Shown here: positions 1 to 8,594 of the stretch, one piece after another
How the letters are laid out: each line of letters opens with the position of its first letter
Position numbering within the stretch: the stretch's first letter is position 1
From: an uncultured bacterium
GTDB lineage: Bacteria > Hydrothermota > Tepidihabitantia > Tepidihabitantales > Tepidihabitantaceae
NCBI GenBank assembly: GCA_964597845.1
Contig: CAZQZR010000003.1
Location: 3,427 to 67,426, forward strand
Length of the DNA: 64,000 nucleotides
Direction: 5' to 3'
The notes under the pieces: model-generated
The model's input: the letters and a program-made list of their open reading frames with translations, nothing else
Database searches by the model: none
Told to the model about the DNA's origin: nothing
Program-made: the position numbers and the translations under genes

Positions 1-40
1 CCGCTTCGAGAACTTCAGTATCGACGAACCCAAGCCGTAG
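1..40 (+). CDS. 3' end of a CDS cut by the window edge (...RFENFSIDEPKP*)
   Basis: Open frame with G/C-rich third positions ending at TAG 38-40, followed by hairpin 62-85. A second copy at 4350-4426 differs in the overlap only by a GAA/GAG change that is synonymous in this frame. Confidence 0.4.
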   Translation, partial: RFENFSIDEPKP

Positions 41-61
41 CCGAATCGAACTACAACGACA

Positions 62-85
62 GCCGCCCGGCTCTCACCTGGCGGC
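62..85 (+). terminator. GC-rich hairpin downstream of the truncated CDS
   Basis: GCCGCCCGG-ctctca-CCTGGCGGC stem-loop followed by TTCGTTCAAA. The same hairpin recurs at 4496-4519. Confidence 0.4.
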
Positions 86-156
86 TTCGTTCAAACTGCC
101 TGGGTTCTATTTCCTCACTTAACCACTAGACCACTTGACCACTGGGGCACTTTGCT

Positions 157-1620
157 CTACTCCGTCAGCACGACCTTCCAGACCGCTTGCGGCTTGAGGC
201 TTGTGGCTTGCGGTTCTTCGCGGACGAAGTAGACGCCGGGACTCAGCCTGCTCACATCATTCGCGCCGGGCAGGAGGTCCATGACCTTGCGGCCGGTGAT
301 ATCGAACAAGACGCTTACCACCGACCGCCGACCGCTGACCGCTCCGGGCACCAGAAGCACGCCGCGGCAGATCAGCGCCTGCTCGGGCCGCCAGACAGCG
401 GCCGGTTCCCGCTCTTCGACGCCGCCTGACGGGTCAGTCCATCTGACAAAGGTCCGGTTATCGGGAGTTCTGTACGAAATCCAGATGCGGTCTCGCACCG
501 GGTCGTAGAAAATGGCATCCGTGAAGCTGGAAGACGCGGGAGGTTGCACGATTGAATCTAGAGGACTCCATTCTGACCCGTCCCAGACCCGGTAGTAGAA
601 GTTGGAGTCCGCATCCCACACGACCCAGACCTTGTTGTCGCCATCAATCTCCATGTTGCAGAAGAAGCCGGAATGAGAAATGGTATAGACGGAACTCCAG
701 TGCAGGCTGGTATCAAGGCAGGCAGCATAGATTCCGGAATCGGGGCCGTAAGGGTTCCCGCCCCAAACGACCCAGACGTTGCCTTGGTTGTCGGCGGCCA
801 GACCCCTCAGTATGCGTGTGCCTTCACTTGGGCTTGGGTCGAATATCAAACTGTCCGGCCAGTTCCCGGCAGAGTCGGACCGACAGAGAAAGACCCGGTC
901 GTAGTGTGGGTACAATGCGGTGGCTCCTGCCCACCGGTCGCCGTTCGGGGCAACCGTCAGCCTCGAGAATGCGACCTGTTCGCCGGTCGGGAAGGCCACA
1001 ATTGGATGAGCCCCACTCCACAGTGTGTCATCACAAACGTCGGCCCAGATACGATAGTCCTCCCCCACCCAAAAGACCGCCCAGACCTTTCCGATACTGT
1101 CCGACTCCAGAGTGAACCCGGTCGACACGTCCACCTGGGTGTTACCTATGATAAAGATGTCTGACCAGGCAGCCCCATCATAGTACAGCGTCGCGGTCGC
1201 CGAGTCAGACACGCTGTACTCCGCCGAGAAGAGAACCCAGAGTTTCCCATCCCGGGCCCGGGTCGCGTCGAAGCCGCCGAGCCCGCATGCTAGTCCGCCG
1301 GTAAACACCAGCTCGGGCTCCAACCACTGGTTCCCGTCATAGCGGGCGGCGCTGAACGTGCTGCTGTCGAGATTGAATGGGCGATTGAGGAGCAGACACC
1401 ATAGCCGTCCATAGCAGTCAAGGCCGAACCTGCTCTTGGTGGCGATTCCCACCTGCTGGGGAGGCGCCCATTCGTAATGAGGTTGACAGACGGTAGCTGC
1501 TGTTTCGGGGGCAGGCGCCTCCGGAGGCGCCCGACGAAGCGGAGCGGCCCGTATCCCGGTTCCGACCAATGCTGCAACGAGCAATGGGACCAGCCGTTTC
1601 ACATGTGCTCCTCGCGCCAT
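157..1620 (-). CDS. secreted protein of unknown function with T9SS-type C-terminal sorting domain
   Basis: 487-aa ORF with N-terminal signal peptide (LVPLLVAALVGTG) and a W/D-rich repetitive body. C-terminal FDITGRKVMDLLPGANDVSRLSPGVYFV motif is shared with nine other ORFs in this window. Confidence 0.7.
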   Translation of the reverse strand: MARGAHVKRLVPLLVAALVGTGIRAAPLRRAPPEAPAPETAATVCQPHYEWAPPQQVGIATKSRFGLDCYGRLWCLLLNRPFNLDSSTFSAARYDGNQWLEPELVFTGGLACGLGGFDATRARDGKLWVLFSAEYSVSDSATATLYYDGAAWSDIFIIGNTQVDVSTGFTLESDSIGKVWAVFWVGEDYRIWADVCDDTLWSGAHPIVAFPTGEQVAFSRLTVAPNGDRWAGATALYPHYDRVFLCRSDSAGNWPDSLIFDPSPSEGTRILRGLAADNQGNVWVVWGGNPYGPDSGIYAACLDTSLHWSSVYTISHSGFFCNMEIDGDNKVWVVWDADSNFYYRVWDGSEWSPLDSIVQPPASSSFTDAIFYDPVRDRIWISYRTPDNRTFVRWTDPSGGVEEREPAAVWRPEQALICRGVLLVPGAVSGRRSVVSVLFDITGRKVMDLLPGANDVSRLSPGVYFVREEPQATSLKPQAVWKVVLTE

Positions 1621-1629
1621 CTCTTCGGG

Positions 1630-2103
1630 TCAGCGGATGACCAAGGTCTTCAGCAGTCCGCTACCGAGGTCGCTCTCGTATCTGACGAAGTAGCTGCCCG
1701 GCGCCAATCCCCGGCGCCCGGCGACGGGCCGGACCGGCCCAATCCAGTGCGAGCCCGTGCTCAGTTGCTGGTTCGGAACCACTGCTATCACCCTTCCCAT
1801 CGCATCGCATACGGTCAGGCGCAGCCTGGCTGGTTGTGGGATCTCGGCTCGAATACGCAACTCGCCCCTGGCGACAGGCGGAACCCACAGCGAGAACTCG
1901 CGCGGGATGTTCGCGTCTCCGCCCTGCGGGCCGTCGGAGTTCACGATGATAACGCCCTCATCGCCGTGGAACAGCGGCTTGGATGCCTCGATCTGGATGA
2001 CGCCCCCCCCCGTGCGCGTAAACGTATATATGAGCATCGCCGTTGGCATCGGTCCTGGCAGAGCCGAGGATATCATCCTCCTTGTAGACTCCGACTGCGG
2101 CAT
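1630..2103 (-). CDS. C-terminal portion (T9SS-type sorting domain) of the C25 peptidase, out of frame with 1958..3967
   Basis: The ORF ends in ...CDAMGRVIAVV...LAPGSYFVRYES...LVIR (sorting-domain pattern). It joins the upstream C25 frame if the G9 run (C9 on + strand, 2003-2011) is read as G8. Only about 1630-2002 is likely coding. Confidence 0.6.
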   Translation of the reverse strand: MPQSESTRRMISSALPGPMPTAMLIYTFTRTGGGVIQIEASKPLFHGDEGVIIVNSDGPQGGDANIPREFSLWVPPVARGELRIRAEIPQPARLRLTVCDAMGRVIAVVPNQQLSTGSHWIGPVRPVAGRRGLAPGSYFVRYESDLGSGLLKTLVIR

Positions 2104-3967
2104 CTCGAACCGGCTGACCGCCGCTCAGGCGTGCGACATGAGCGTCAATGTAGTAAGGGTTCCATGGGGCTATCTGCCGAGGACTAAAGGTGAGGTCCAA
2201 AGCACCGCTGTCAGCCATCCACACGTGAAGTGAAGGGTCACCCATGAGGTGGTACATCCGATTGTTATCGTGTCCGCTCGGGTTTGGGTACTCGCGGAGC
2301 ATCTCCAGCTTGGCGGCGTTCATCACGATGTTAGTGTAGGTTATCTGGCGGGTGAACGGTATTGTGCACAGTGACTCGTCCAGAACGTGATTCGGAGCGG
2401 TCGCCGAAGGCCTAGTCGCCCCCCACGCGGCGACACCGCCTCCGCCGACGTGCTCTACCCATGTTTCGCTGTGTCCCTCGTCTCCGCCCTGAGCAGGATG
2501 GATGTTGCCACAGCAGCAACATATCTCATAGACGAGTGGGAGCCAATCGGAGTTCGTCAACTGAAGTATGTGTCCGTTCTCGAAGTACTCGTTATACGTG
2601 TTCCACTTCTCCCACGATTGCTGTAGACCGTGGCCGCGGTAGTTGATCGTGCCGTAGCCGCCCCCGCTGTTAATCTTGTCCATCAGAGTGGCGTTTGTGA
2701 CCCCAGGGTCGCTTCCGTGCTGTCGATGGCACGAGATTCCCAGCTCTTCGAGTCGTGCGGCGATACGTTCCTTGCACGCCTGGTACTCCGAATTCATCCA
2801 ATTGCTGACCATGAGGACCCTGGTGTTCTTCCAGTTGGGGCCCGTGTACCGCTCGTAGCGCATCTCCTTTTGGATGACTGCGGAGACCACCGCGGGGTCG
2901 CTGGTGGAAATCCTGCCCAAGTCCACGTCGGCGATGTCGTCGTCCGAACCGCCGGCAACACAAGCATACCAATGGTCGCTCCAGATAAAGCCTCCCCCCG
3001 TGTATGGCCAACCCGGCGGAGAGGGAATAAGGTCATGGTCGCCGACGAAGAGCACGAACAGCTCGTATGCCTGGGGGTTGTACCATGAGGCGATCCACGC
3101 ACGGATGGTATTCACGTCGCGCGGTATCTCGCTGCCGATGCAGTGCACCTGCGTCGCGTATCCCTGCATGCACTTCCAGACACGCAGCGGCTCGACCGCT
3201 TGCCTGAGCGCTGGTGTGTCCTCGCCCAGGACGATCATGAACTTCAGCGGGAGTTGCGCGCCCGGTTCCGAGATGCCCAGGTAGCCGAAGTTCGACAGGC
3301 TTCCGGCGTATGCCCGGTAGTAGGGTGAAGTAACGACCGCAGGCAGTGCGCTCCCTCCTGCAAACGTGTACGTCACGGTCAGAGTTCGGTACACGACGAG
3401 CTTCCGCTGCACCGGGTTGAAATGGAACGGGCGCACGATGGCGACTGCGGCACCCAGTTCCCTCCATACGCCGAGTTCGTGCGCCGTGGCAACATCGCCA
3501 AGGGCCGGAAAGTACGCGTCGGCACCATAGACCGCGTTGTCAATCACGAACGGGTTCGACTGACCGGGATAGCTGTCGACCTCAGGGATCTGTGCCGGGA
3601 ACACGTAGTAGCCCTCAAGCTCCAACTGATCCCCGAGCTCGACCTGAGATAACGGCTCCACGCCCGGAGCGAATCCGATCAGTCGAGTTACTTGCGGGAG
3701 TTCCGGTTGGCTCAGATCACTCATCACCCCTTCTCCTGGAAGTGAAAGATTCTGGTATGTCACACCGTCCTCTGCCACCGTGTCCTCAACGTACATGCCG
3801 TGGATGGTCACCTCGAACGTCACATACGCAGGGCTGGCGCTGACGATGTTGACGGTTGGGGGAGTCGGCCCGGCGCTGTCGAACGGGACCCAGACCGGCT
3901 CTGCACTTGCCGCGCCGAACGCGAGCATGAGGATCACGATGAGGGACCCCATAGTTCGTCTGCTCAT
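1958..3967 (-). CDS. gingipain-like cysteine peptidase (family C25), N-terminal propeptide plus catalytic domain; frame broken at its 3' end
   Basis: Start trimmed to MSRRTMGSLIVILMLAFGAASA (signal peptide), 5 nt after AAGGAGG. Propeptide-like N-domain. C25 hallmarks INYRGHG (His) and EICCCCG (Cys), plus HWYACVAGGSDDDIADVDLGRIS. Confidence 0.8.
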   Translation of the reverse strand: MSRRTMGSLIVILMLAFGAASAEPVWVPFDSAGPTPPTVNIVSASPAYVTFEVTIHGMYVEDTVAEDGVTYQNLSLPGEGVMSDLSQPELPQVTRLIGFAPGVEPLSQVELGDQLELEGYYVFPAQIPEVDSYPGQSNPFVIDNAVYGADAYFPALGDVATAHELGVWRELGAAVAIVRPFHFNPVQRKLVVYRTLTVTYTFAGGSALPAVVTSPYYRAYAGSLSNFGYLGISEPGAQLPLKFMIVLGEDTPALRQAVEPLRVWKCMQGYATQVHCIGSEIPRDVNTIRAWIASWYNPQAYELFVLFVGDHDLIPSPPGWPYTGGGFIWSDHWYACVAGGSDDDIADVDLGRISTSDPAVVSAVIQKEMRYERYTGPNWKNTRVLMVSNWMNSEYQACKERIAARLEELGISCHRQHGSDPGVTNATLMDKINSGGGYGTINYRGHGLQQSWEKWNTYNEYFENGHILQLTNSDWLPLVYEICCCCGNIHPAQGGDEGHSETWVEHVGGGGVAAWGATRPSATAPNHVLDESLCTIPFTRQITYTNIVMNAAKLEMLREYPNPSGHDNNRMYHLMGDPSLHVWMADSGALDLTFSPRQIAPWNPYYIDAHVARLSGGQPVRDAAVGVYKEDDILGSARTDANGDAHIYVYAHGGGRHPDRGIQAAVPRR

Positions 3968-4206
3968 GGATGCCTCCTTAGAGCATTCAGTCGTTGCATC
4001 CTCGCGCCTCGGGTGCCGGTGTCGTTCTTCGGCTCGGTGCCGCCGTGCTGGTTCAGAGCCGCGCACAAATGCACGCGGTCGAACCGGACAACCCACAAGG
4101 GATTATGCAACTTCTAGTGGCGGGGGTCAACGTTGGGTAAGTTCTTAAACTACGTATGTTACGTGAACATTCGCGCCTGACCTTCTCCTGGAGTAGTAAG
4201 AAAACG

Positions 4207-4275
4207 CTGTCAAGCCGCCGGGGTGATAGAAAGGCAACGCCGCCCGAGGGGGCGGAACGTTGTCCGGTTCCGGTC
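4207..4275. repeat. about 70-nt structured repeat, copy 1 (partner at 7379..7447)
   Basis: ctgtcaRRcYgccggSgKgatagaaagRcaacgccgcccg..ggcggaRcgttgtccggttccggtcgggcgg is shared by both loci with a few mismatches. It contains the outer stem GCCGCCCGA/TCGGGCGGC and an inner CCGCCC/GGGCGG hairpin. Confidence 0.6.
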
Positions 4276-4349
4276 GGGCGGCCCTGTCTGCGTGCGGCCC
4301 CGCGCAGGCAGGGCGGCTATCTTACTTGAACTTCTTCTGCAGAGTCTGG

Positions 4350-4426
4350 ACCCGGGCGAGCTCGACTTTGACGTCCTCGCCGCGATCCGCTTCGAGAACT
4401 TCAGTATCGACGAGCCCAAGCCGTAG
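4350..4426 (+). pseudogene. duplicated 3'-end fragment of the CDS seen at 1..40
   Basis: 25 codons (DPGELDFDVLAAIRFENFSIDEPKP*) with about 90% G/C at third positions. No credible start codon or upstream coding signal. Sequence identical to 1-40 except one synonymous change. Confidence 0.4.
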
Positions 4427-4495
4427 CGCCCGCGCTGTCATTCCGACCGAGGCGCTCTGCGCCGAGTGGAGGAATCTCTCAGCGACCCAACGACA

Positions 4496-4519
4496 GCCGC
4501 CCGGCTCTCACCGGGCGGC
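4496..4519 (+). terminator. hairpin, second copy of the 62-85 hairpin
   Basis: GCCGCCCGG-ctctca-CCGGGCGGC perfect 9-bp stem. It is separated from the TAG by about 50 extra nt relative to copy 1. Confidence 0.4.
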
Positions 4520-4550
4520 TGCCTGATCACCAGGCTTCTAGTCCGTCACT

Positions 4551-4686
4551 CGACCCCTTGACTCCTCGAGTCCTCCTCTGTCTTCAATCCTCTACCTCTG
4601 CCTTCTGCATTCTGACCTCTGACTTCTGACTTCGGCCGTCCTGGCTCGACCCCTTGAATCCTCGACTCCTCGACCCCTTCTCGACT
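4551..4686. repeat. pyrimidine-rich heptamer-period word repeat spacer
   Basis: gactcct cgagtcc tcctctg ... cctctga cttctga cttcgg. The segment cttctgcattctgacctctgacttctgac is the inverted relative of 43347-43395. Confidence 0.6.
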
Positions 4687-4785
4687 CTACTCCATCAGTA
4701 CGACTTTTGCAGAGAATCTCTGTCCTTCTACTGCCAGCGTGCAGAAGTACACCCAGGCCGGCACGCTCCGGCCTCTTGCGTTCCT
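4687..4785 (-). pseudogene. remnant of a T9SS-type sorting domain
   Basis: The minus frame reads ...PAWVYFCTLAVEGQRFSAKVVLME*, matching the C-terminal pattern of the intact sorting domains. It is preceded by an in-frame stop, and an LDPG fragment lies in another frame. Confidence 0.5.
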
Positions 4786-5241
4786 CTATCCCGGGTCAAG
4801 CGGCAAGCGCCCGGCGGCTGTGCTTCGCCTCTCAATGGCCTGCCGGCGATATCGGACTCGTGCGGCCACAATCAATCCCTGACATACTTAACATGTCTGC
4901 ATGAATATGGAGTTAAGGTCCCTGACCGAGGGAGGCTCTGGAATCGCCAGTGCCGGATGCGAGCGAAATGAGTGGAGTCGTCCCACTGGCACTAATCTTC
5001 AGCAGATGAAAGCGAGGCAGTAACGCACGGCTTGACACCTAAGCCAGTAATGTCCCCGAAATTCCCCAGACGGCCGGCGCACCGGGTCCTCGGACTCAAT
5101 CCCGGTTGAAAGTGCGCCGTGATCGAGTCTGTGGTTACGGAAACTCCCTTGCGAATGCAGTGACTCCAACACCGCCTCCCACGACTTGCGCTCGCCAAGG
5201 GCCTCGTCCGGGTCGGGCGAAACGGACAGAGCCGAACAAAC

Positions 5242-5269
5242 TTGACAGGTGCTCACGCTTCGGTATCTT
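5242..5269 (+). promoter_or_regulatory. sigma70-like promoter
   Basis: TTGACA-N16-TATCTT about 90 nt upstream of the ATG at 5362. Confidence 0.45.
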
Positions 5270-5361
5270 GTGACCGGCATGTGCGTCGTGGAGTCAGTTC
5301 TTCTCTCGCTCCTCTCTGATCTTGAGTCCGGCGCCCTGATCGTATCCCGGAGCCGGAACCG

Positions 5362-7176
5362 ATGAAGCTGGAATCGGTGAAGGGCGCCCGGCGCATCGCA
5401 ATCGCCGCCGGGCTGTTCTTGGTAGTCGCCGGGCTGGCCTTGGTGCTCAGCGGCCTTCTGGACAAGCTTCTGCTCTCCGCGGTCTCGCTGATGAAGGGAG
5501 GCGCGCCGGCCCCGCTCTGGCTCAACCGGATGCGCTTCAGTGCCACGTTTGCCCTAGTCTGCGGGGGTCTGCCCCTCACCCTCGGTTCCCTGGCGCCCGC
5601 GAGCTGGTTCTCGTCCGCGGCGCGAATCCTGAAGGAGCGCTACCTACTCGTGGGCGCGATAGCCGTCCTGGTCCTGTTGTGGCTGCCGCCGGTGCTGGTC
5701 GGACACAGCGTAACACTGGCCGGACACCGATACTGGTGGCTCGACGACGACGCAATGATCTCGATGCGGTATGCCCGGAATCTGGCGACCGGCGCAGGAC
5801 TTGTCTGGAATCCGGGCGTGCGGGTCGAAGGCTACACCAACTTCCTGTGGACCCTGTTCATGGCCCTGGTTCACCTCTTCCCCATCCCGGCCGCGAAGAC
5901 CTCCCTGGTCGTGATGCTGGCCAACCTGGTTCTGGCCGCGGCGACGGTGCCGGTGATCGCCCGGCTCGTGCGCCTGCTGGGCGGCGGCGCGCTTGCGACC
6001 GCCGCGTCGCTCGCCGGCTACGTGCTCTGCCAGGACACGATGTACTGGGCCACGTCGGGCTCCGAGAGCACCCTGCTCACGCTCCTGTTCCTGTGGGCCG
6101 CGTATCGAATCCTGCGCGAATCGCAACTGGACCGGCCCCGGCCGGCGACCTACCTGCTCATCGCGATCATGTCGCTGGTCCGGGCCGACGCCGTCTTTCT
6201 CTGCTGTCTGTTGGGCACGCTCGCCCTGGTTCTCACCCGGAATCGGCGGCCGGTGCTCCTCTATTTCGGCCTGTCGCTCCTGCTGCCCGTGGTCCACGAG
6301 CTGTTCCGACTCCACTACTACCACGCGCTCCTGCCCAACACCGCCTACCTGAAGACCGCGCATTGGCCTGGCCGGACCCAGGCCGGCCTGCTCTACGTCC
6401 GCCAATTCATCGCCCACTATCCCTTCGTGATCGTGCTGGCCATAGCCGGCGCGTTCGGCCGGTCCCGGTGGGCGCTGCGCGCATTCGTGGCCGTGTTTCT
6501 CGTCTATGCGGCCTATATCGCCTACCTGGGCGGCGACACCTTGTACCATTTCCGCTTCTTCGTGCCGGTTCTGCCTCTGGTCATGGTGCTGGCGTTCGCG
6601 GGCATCCAGCGCCTGCACCCGGCGGTGCGGCTGACGCTCGTCGTCCTCGGCCTCGCGAGCACGCCGCTCATCGCCTTCAACTACACCGACTACCTGAGAT
6701 ACAACCAGGAAGACGCCGACTACGTCCGAATCGGTCTGCTGCTCAAGCAGAACACGCGGGTTACGGCCCGGGTCGCTGACTTCCAGGCAGGCACGACCTT
6801 CTACTACTCCGAGCGGTACGGCATCGATTTCCTGGGCAAGTCGGATTCCCACATCGCACATATGCCGGTCGTGTCCAGCGGCCGGAAGCCCGGCCTCAAC
6901 AAGTTCGATTTCGACTATTCGCTGGGTGTACTCAAGCCGGATCTGGTGATCGCCAACTTCAAGCTGCCGGTCACTGAAGACTCGATGCGCAGGGCGTCGG
7001 TCGGCGACTGGGCCTATCACGGGCAGCTCTACTTCAACTCCATATTCCGCGAGCACTACCTACCCAACCCAGTCGCGTGCGAGACCCGGCGCACGATCTT
7101 CGCCGCCGACTGGTCGCCTGAGCGGGACCGGATAAACGACTGGAAGGACCTGTCGGCCGAAACCCAAGGTCCATAG
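5362..7176 (+). CDS. polytopic membrane glycosyltransferase (GT-C fold, arabinosyl/mannosyl-transferase-like)
   Basis: 604 aa with many hydrophobic helices. N-terminal WWLDDDAMISMRYARNLATGAGLVWNPGVRVEGYTNFLW motif is typical of GT-C membrane glycosyltransferases. Confidence 0.7.
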   Translation: MKLESVKGARRIAIAAGLFLVVAGLALVLSGLLDKLLLSAVSLMKGGAPAPLWLNRMRFSATFALVCGGLPLTLGSLAPASWFSSAARILKERYLLVGAIAVLVLLWLPPVLVGHSVTLAGHRYWWLDDDAMISMRYARNLATGAGLVWNPGVRVEGYTNFLWTLFMALVHLFPIPAAKTSLVVMLANLVLAAATVPVIARLVRLLGGGALATAASLAGYVLCQDTMYWATSGSESTLLTLLFLWAAYRILRESQLDRPRPATYLLIAIMSLVRADAVFLCCLLGTLALVLTRNRRPVLLYFGLSLLLPVVHELFRLHYYHALLPNTAYLKTAHWPGRTQAGLLYVRQFIAHYPFVIVLAIAGAFGRSRWALRAFVAVFLVYAAYIAYLGGDTLYHFRFFVPVLPLVMVLAFAGIQRLHPAVRLTLVVLGLASTPLIAFNYTDYLRYNQEDADYVRIGLLLKQNTRVTARVADFQAGTTFYYSERYGIDFLGKSDSHIAHMPVVSSGRKPGLNKFDFDYSLGVLKPDLVIANFKLPVTEDSMRRASVGDWAYHGQLYFNSIFREHYLPNPVACETRRTIFAADWSPERDRINDWKDLSAETQGP

Positions 7177-7194
7177 TCGCAACTAGAGTACGTC

Positions 7195-7215
7195 GCCCCG
7201 CCCTTCAGGGCGGGC
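7195..7215 (+). terminator. hairpin after the glycosyltransferase gene
   Basis: GCCC(C)GCCC-ttca-GGGCGGGC directly downstream of the stop at 7176. Confidence 0.4.
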
Positions 7216-7310
7216 GTATTCCCCATGAGCGCTTCGGGCGGAAGAGCTTCGGGGACACAGTGTTCGTTGTGCCCGTCCATGCCCGGCGTCTCCCCCGCCA
7301 TCAGCGCAAG

Positions 7311-7359
7311 CCGTGAGCCGTAGACCGTAAGCCGTACACCGTAGACCGTAGTCCGTCTC
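7311..7359. repeat. clean heptanucleotide array (CCGTRNN)x7
   Basis: ccgtgag ccgtaga ccgtaag ccgtaca ccgtaga ccgtagt ccgtctc; seven units in perfect 7-nt phase; intergenic. Confidence 0.8.
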
Positions 7360-7378
7360 GGCTCGCCCTCCTCGGTTC

Positions 7379-7447
7379 CCTGTCAGACTGCCGGCGGGAT
7401 AGAAAGACAACGCCGCCCGTGGAGGCGGAGCGTTGTCCGGTTCCGGT
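7379..7447. repeat. about 70-nt structured repeat, copy 2 (partner at 4207..4275)
   Basis: See 4207..4275. This copy lies about 135 nt downstream of the stop of the minus-strand gene 7580..8470. Confidence 0.6.
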
Positions 7448-7579
7448 CGGGCGGTGCGTTCGACGACCGAAGTTGCCCGGTCCGGCAGACCACTGACGGC
7501 GGCCCCCACGCCAACACGCACCTCATACTGCAGCGACAATGGAGCAAACTCTGAATCCCGGGCCGCCTTGCGCCGTCGA

Positions 7580-8470
7580 CTATTTGCTGGTCGCGAGCTG
7601 GACCGACACCGAGAGTTCCGGGTTCTCGGTCGTCGCGCCGCCCGGGCCGTGGCCGCCACCGTGCATGCCGCCACCGGACCTGCCTCCGCCAAATCCGCCC
7701 GGCCCGCCACGGCCGCCACCTTCCGTTCCGCCTCCGCCTCCTCCGCCCCATCCGGACGGACGCCCGGACCCCCTCTGGTCCCGGAATGCGGCGCGTTCTT
7801 CCGCGCTCAGCCCCGCGCTGACCGCGACCTGTACCCGTTCTCCGGCCCGGGCATGCACGGCATAGAAACCGGCAAGACCCGTGTCGGCCAGCGGGACGCT
7901 GAATTCGTACACGCACATGCCGTTGTCGTCCTTAAACCCGGCGGCCGGGCCCTGGCTGCCGTCTGCCGACAGGTCGGTCTCAGATTTGTCGGGCAGGGTT
8001 ACGAGCAGCTTGCCCTGCCACTCGGCCCGCATGTGCTCCATCCTCGGCGGCATCCCGTTGAAGCCGGACCCGGAATCGGGCCGGGCTCCCGCCTGATCGT
8101 CCGTCCGCTGACGTTCCGGACCTTGAGGCAGGCGGTAGCTGGTGGTCTGCCGGTGCGAGTTAGTCACGCGCACGGTCAGGCCGCCCATCGCGGCCGACCG
8201 CGCCCAGTGTTCGTCATTGGCCCGGAACTTGGCCATGACGTAGACCTGCCGGGCGTCGTTGACCACGGTCATCTGCAGGCCGTCTTTCATCTGGTACGCG
8301 GCCTGCTGTCCGGTCCAGTCCGAAGGGTCGCCGTCGGCAGTCAGCGTGCCCGGGGCCCAGCCGCTGGCCAACTGCGCGGTCGCGGCGCAACCAATAAGAA
8401 GTGCGGCCCCGGCTGCTGTCAGCAACGCCAGGGCGGCACTCCCGATCAATGTCTGAGGCTCACATTCCAT
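7580..8470 (-). CDS. lipoprotein of unknown function with Gly-rich C-terminal tail
   Basis: 296 aa. Signal peptide with lipobox (LLIGC). C-terminal GGGGGGGTEGGGRGGPGGFGGGRSGGGMHGGGHGPGG. Confidence 0.65.
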   Translation of the reverse strand: MECEPQTLIGSAALALLTAAGAALLIGCAATAQLASGWAPGTLTADGDPSDWTGQQAAYQMKDGLQMTVVNDARQVYVMAKFRANDEHWARSAAMGGLTVRVTNSHRQTTSYRLPQGPERQRTDDQAGARPDSGSGFNGMPPRMEHMRAEWQGKLLVTLPDKSETDLSADGSQGPAAGFKDDNGMCVYEFSVPLADTGLAGFYAVHARAGERVQVAVSAGLSAEERAAFRDQRGSGRPSGWGGGGGGGTEGGGRGGPGGFGGGRSGGGMHGGGHGPGGATTENPELSVSVQLATSK

Positions 8471-8555
8471 GCAGTCTTAGACACACCTGCCGCCATGTCC
8501 CTGTGCCCAACGCGGCCGGTGACCCGCAGCCTGAATCCGTCGCACCGCTGCCGAC

Positions 8556-8583
8556 TTGACTTTGAGGCCGGGGCTGGTAAGCT
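8556..8583 (+). promoter_or_regulatory. sigma70-like promoter giving a near-leaderless speB mRNA
   Basis: TTGACT-N16-TAAGCT, with only 11 nt between the -10 hexamer and the ATG at 8595. No Shine-Dalgarno sequence. Confidence 0.45.
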
Positions 8584-8594
8584 GGCTCGACTGC

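Noticed and set aside
4223-4426. The full 67-aa ORF-track entry as a gene.
   Set aside because: Its 5' two thirds run through the structured 70-nt repeat and a low-GC stretch with no coding signal. Only the last 25 codons or so look coding, so I report it as a gene-end fragment.
4322-4441. A 39-aa minus-strand ORF (MTARALRLGLVDTEVLEADRGEDVKVELARVQTLQKKFK) between two hairpins, seemingly duplicated at the left window edge.
   Set aside because: The single difference between the two copies is synonymous in the + frame but Phe/Leu in this frame. Third-position G/C is far higher in the + frame. Copy 1 has no start codon in this frame. It is probably a shadow of the + strand gene end.
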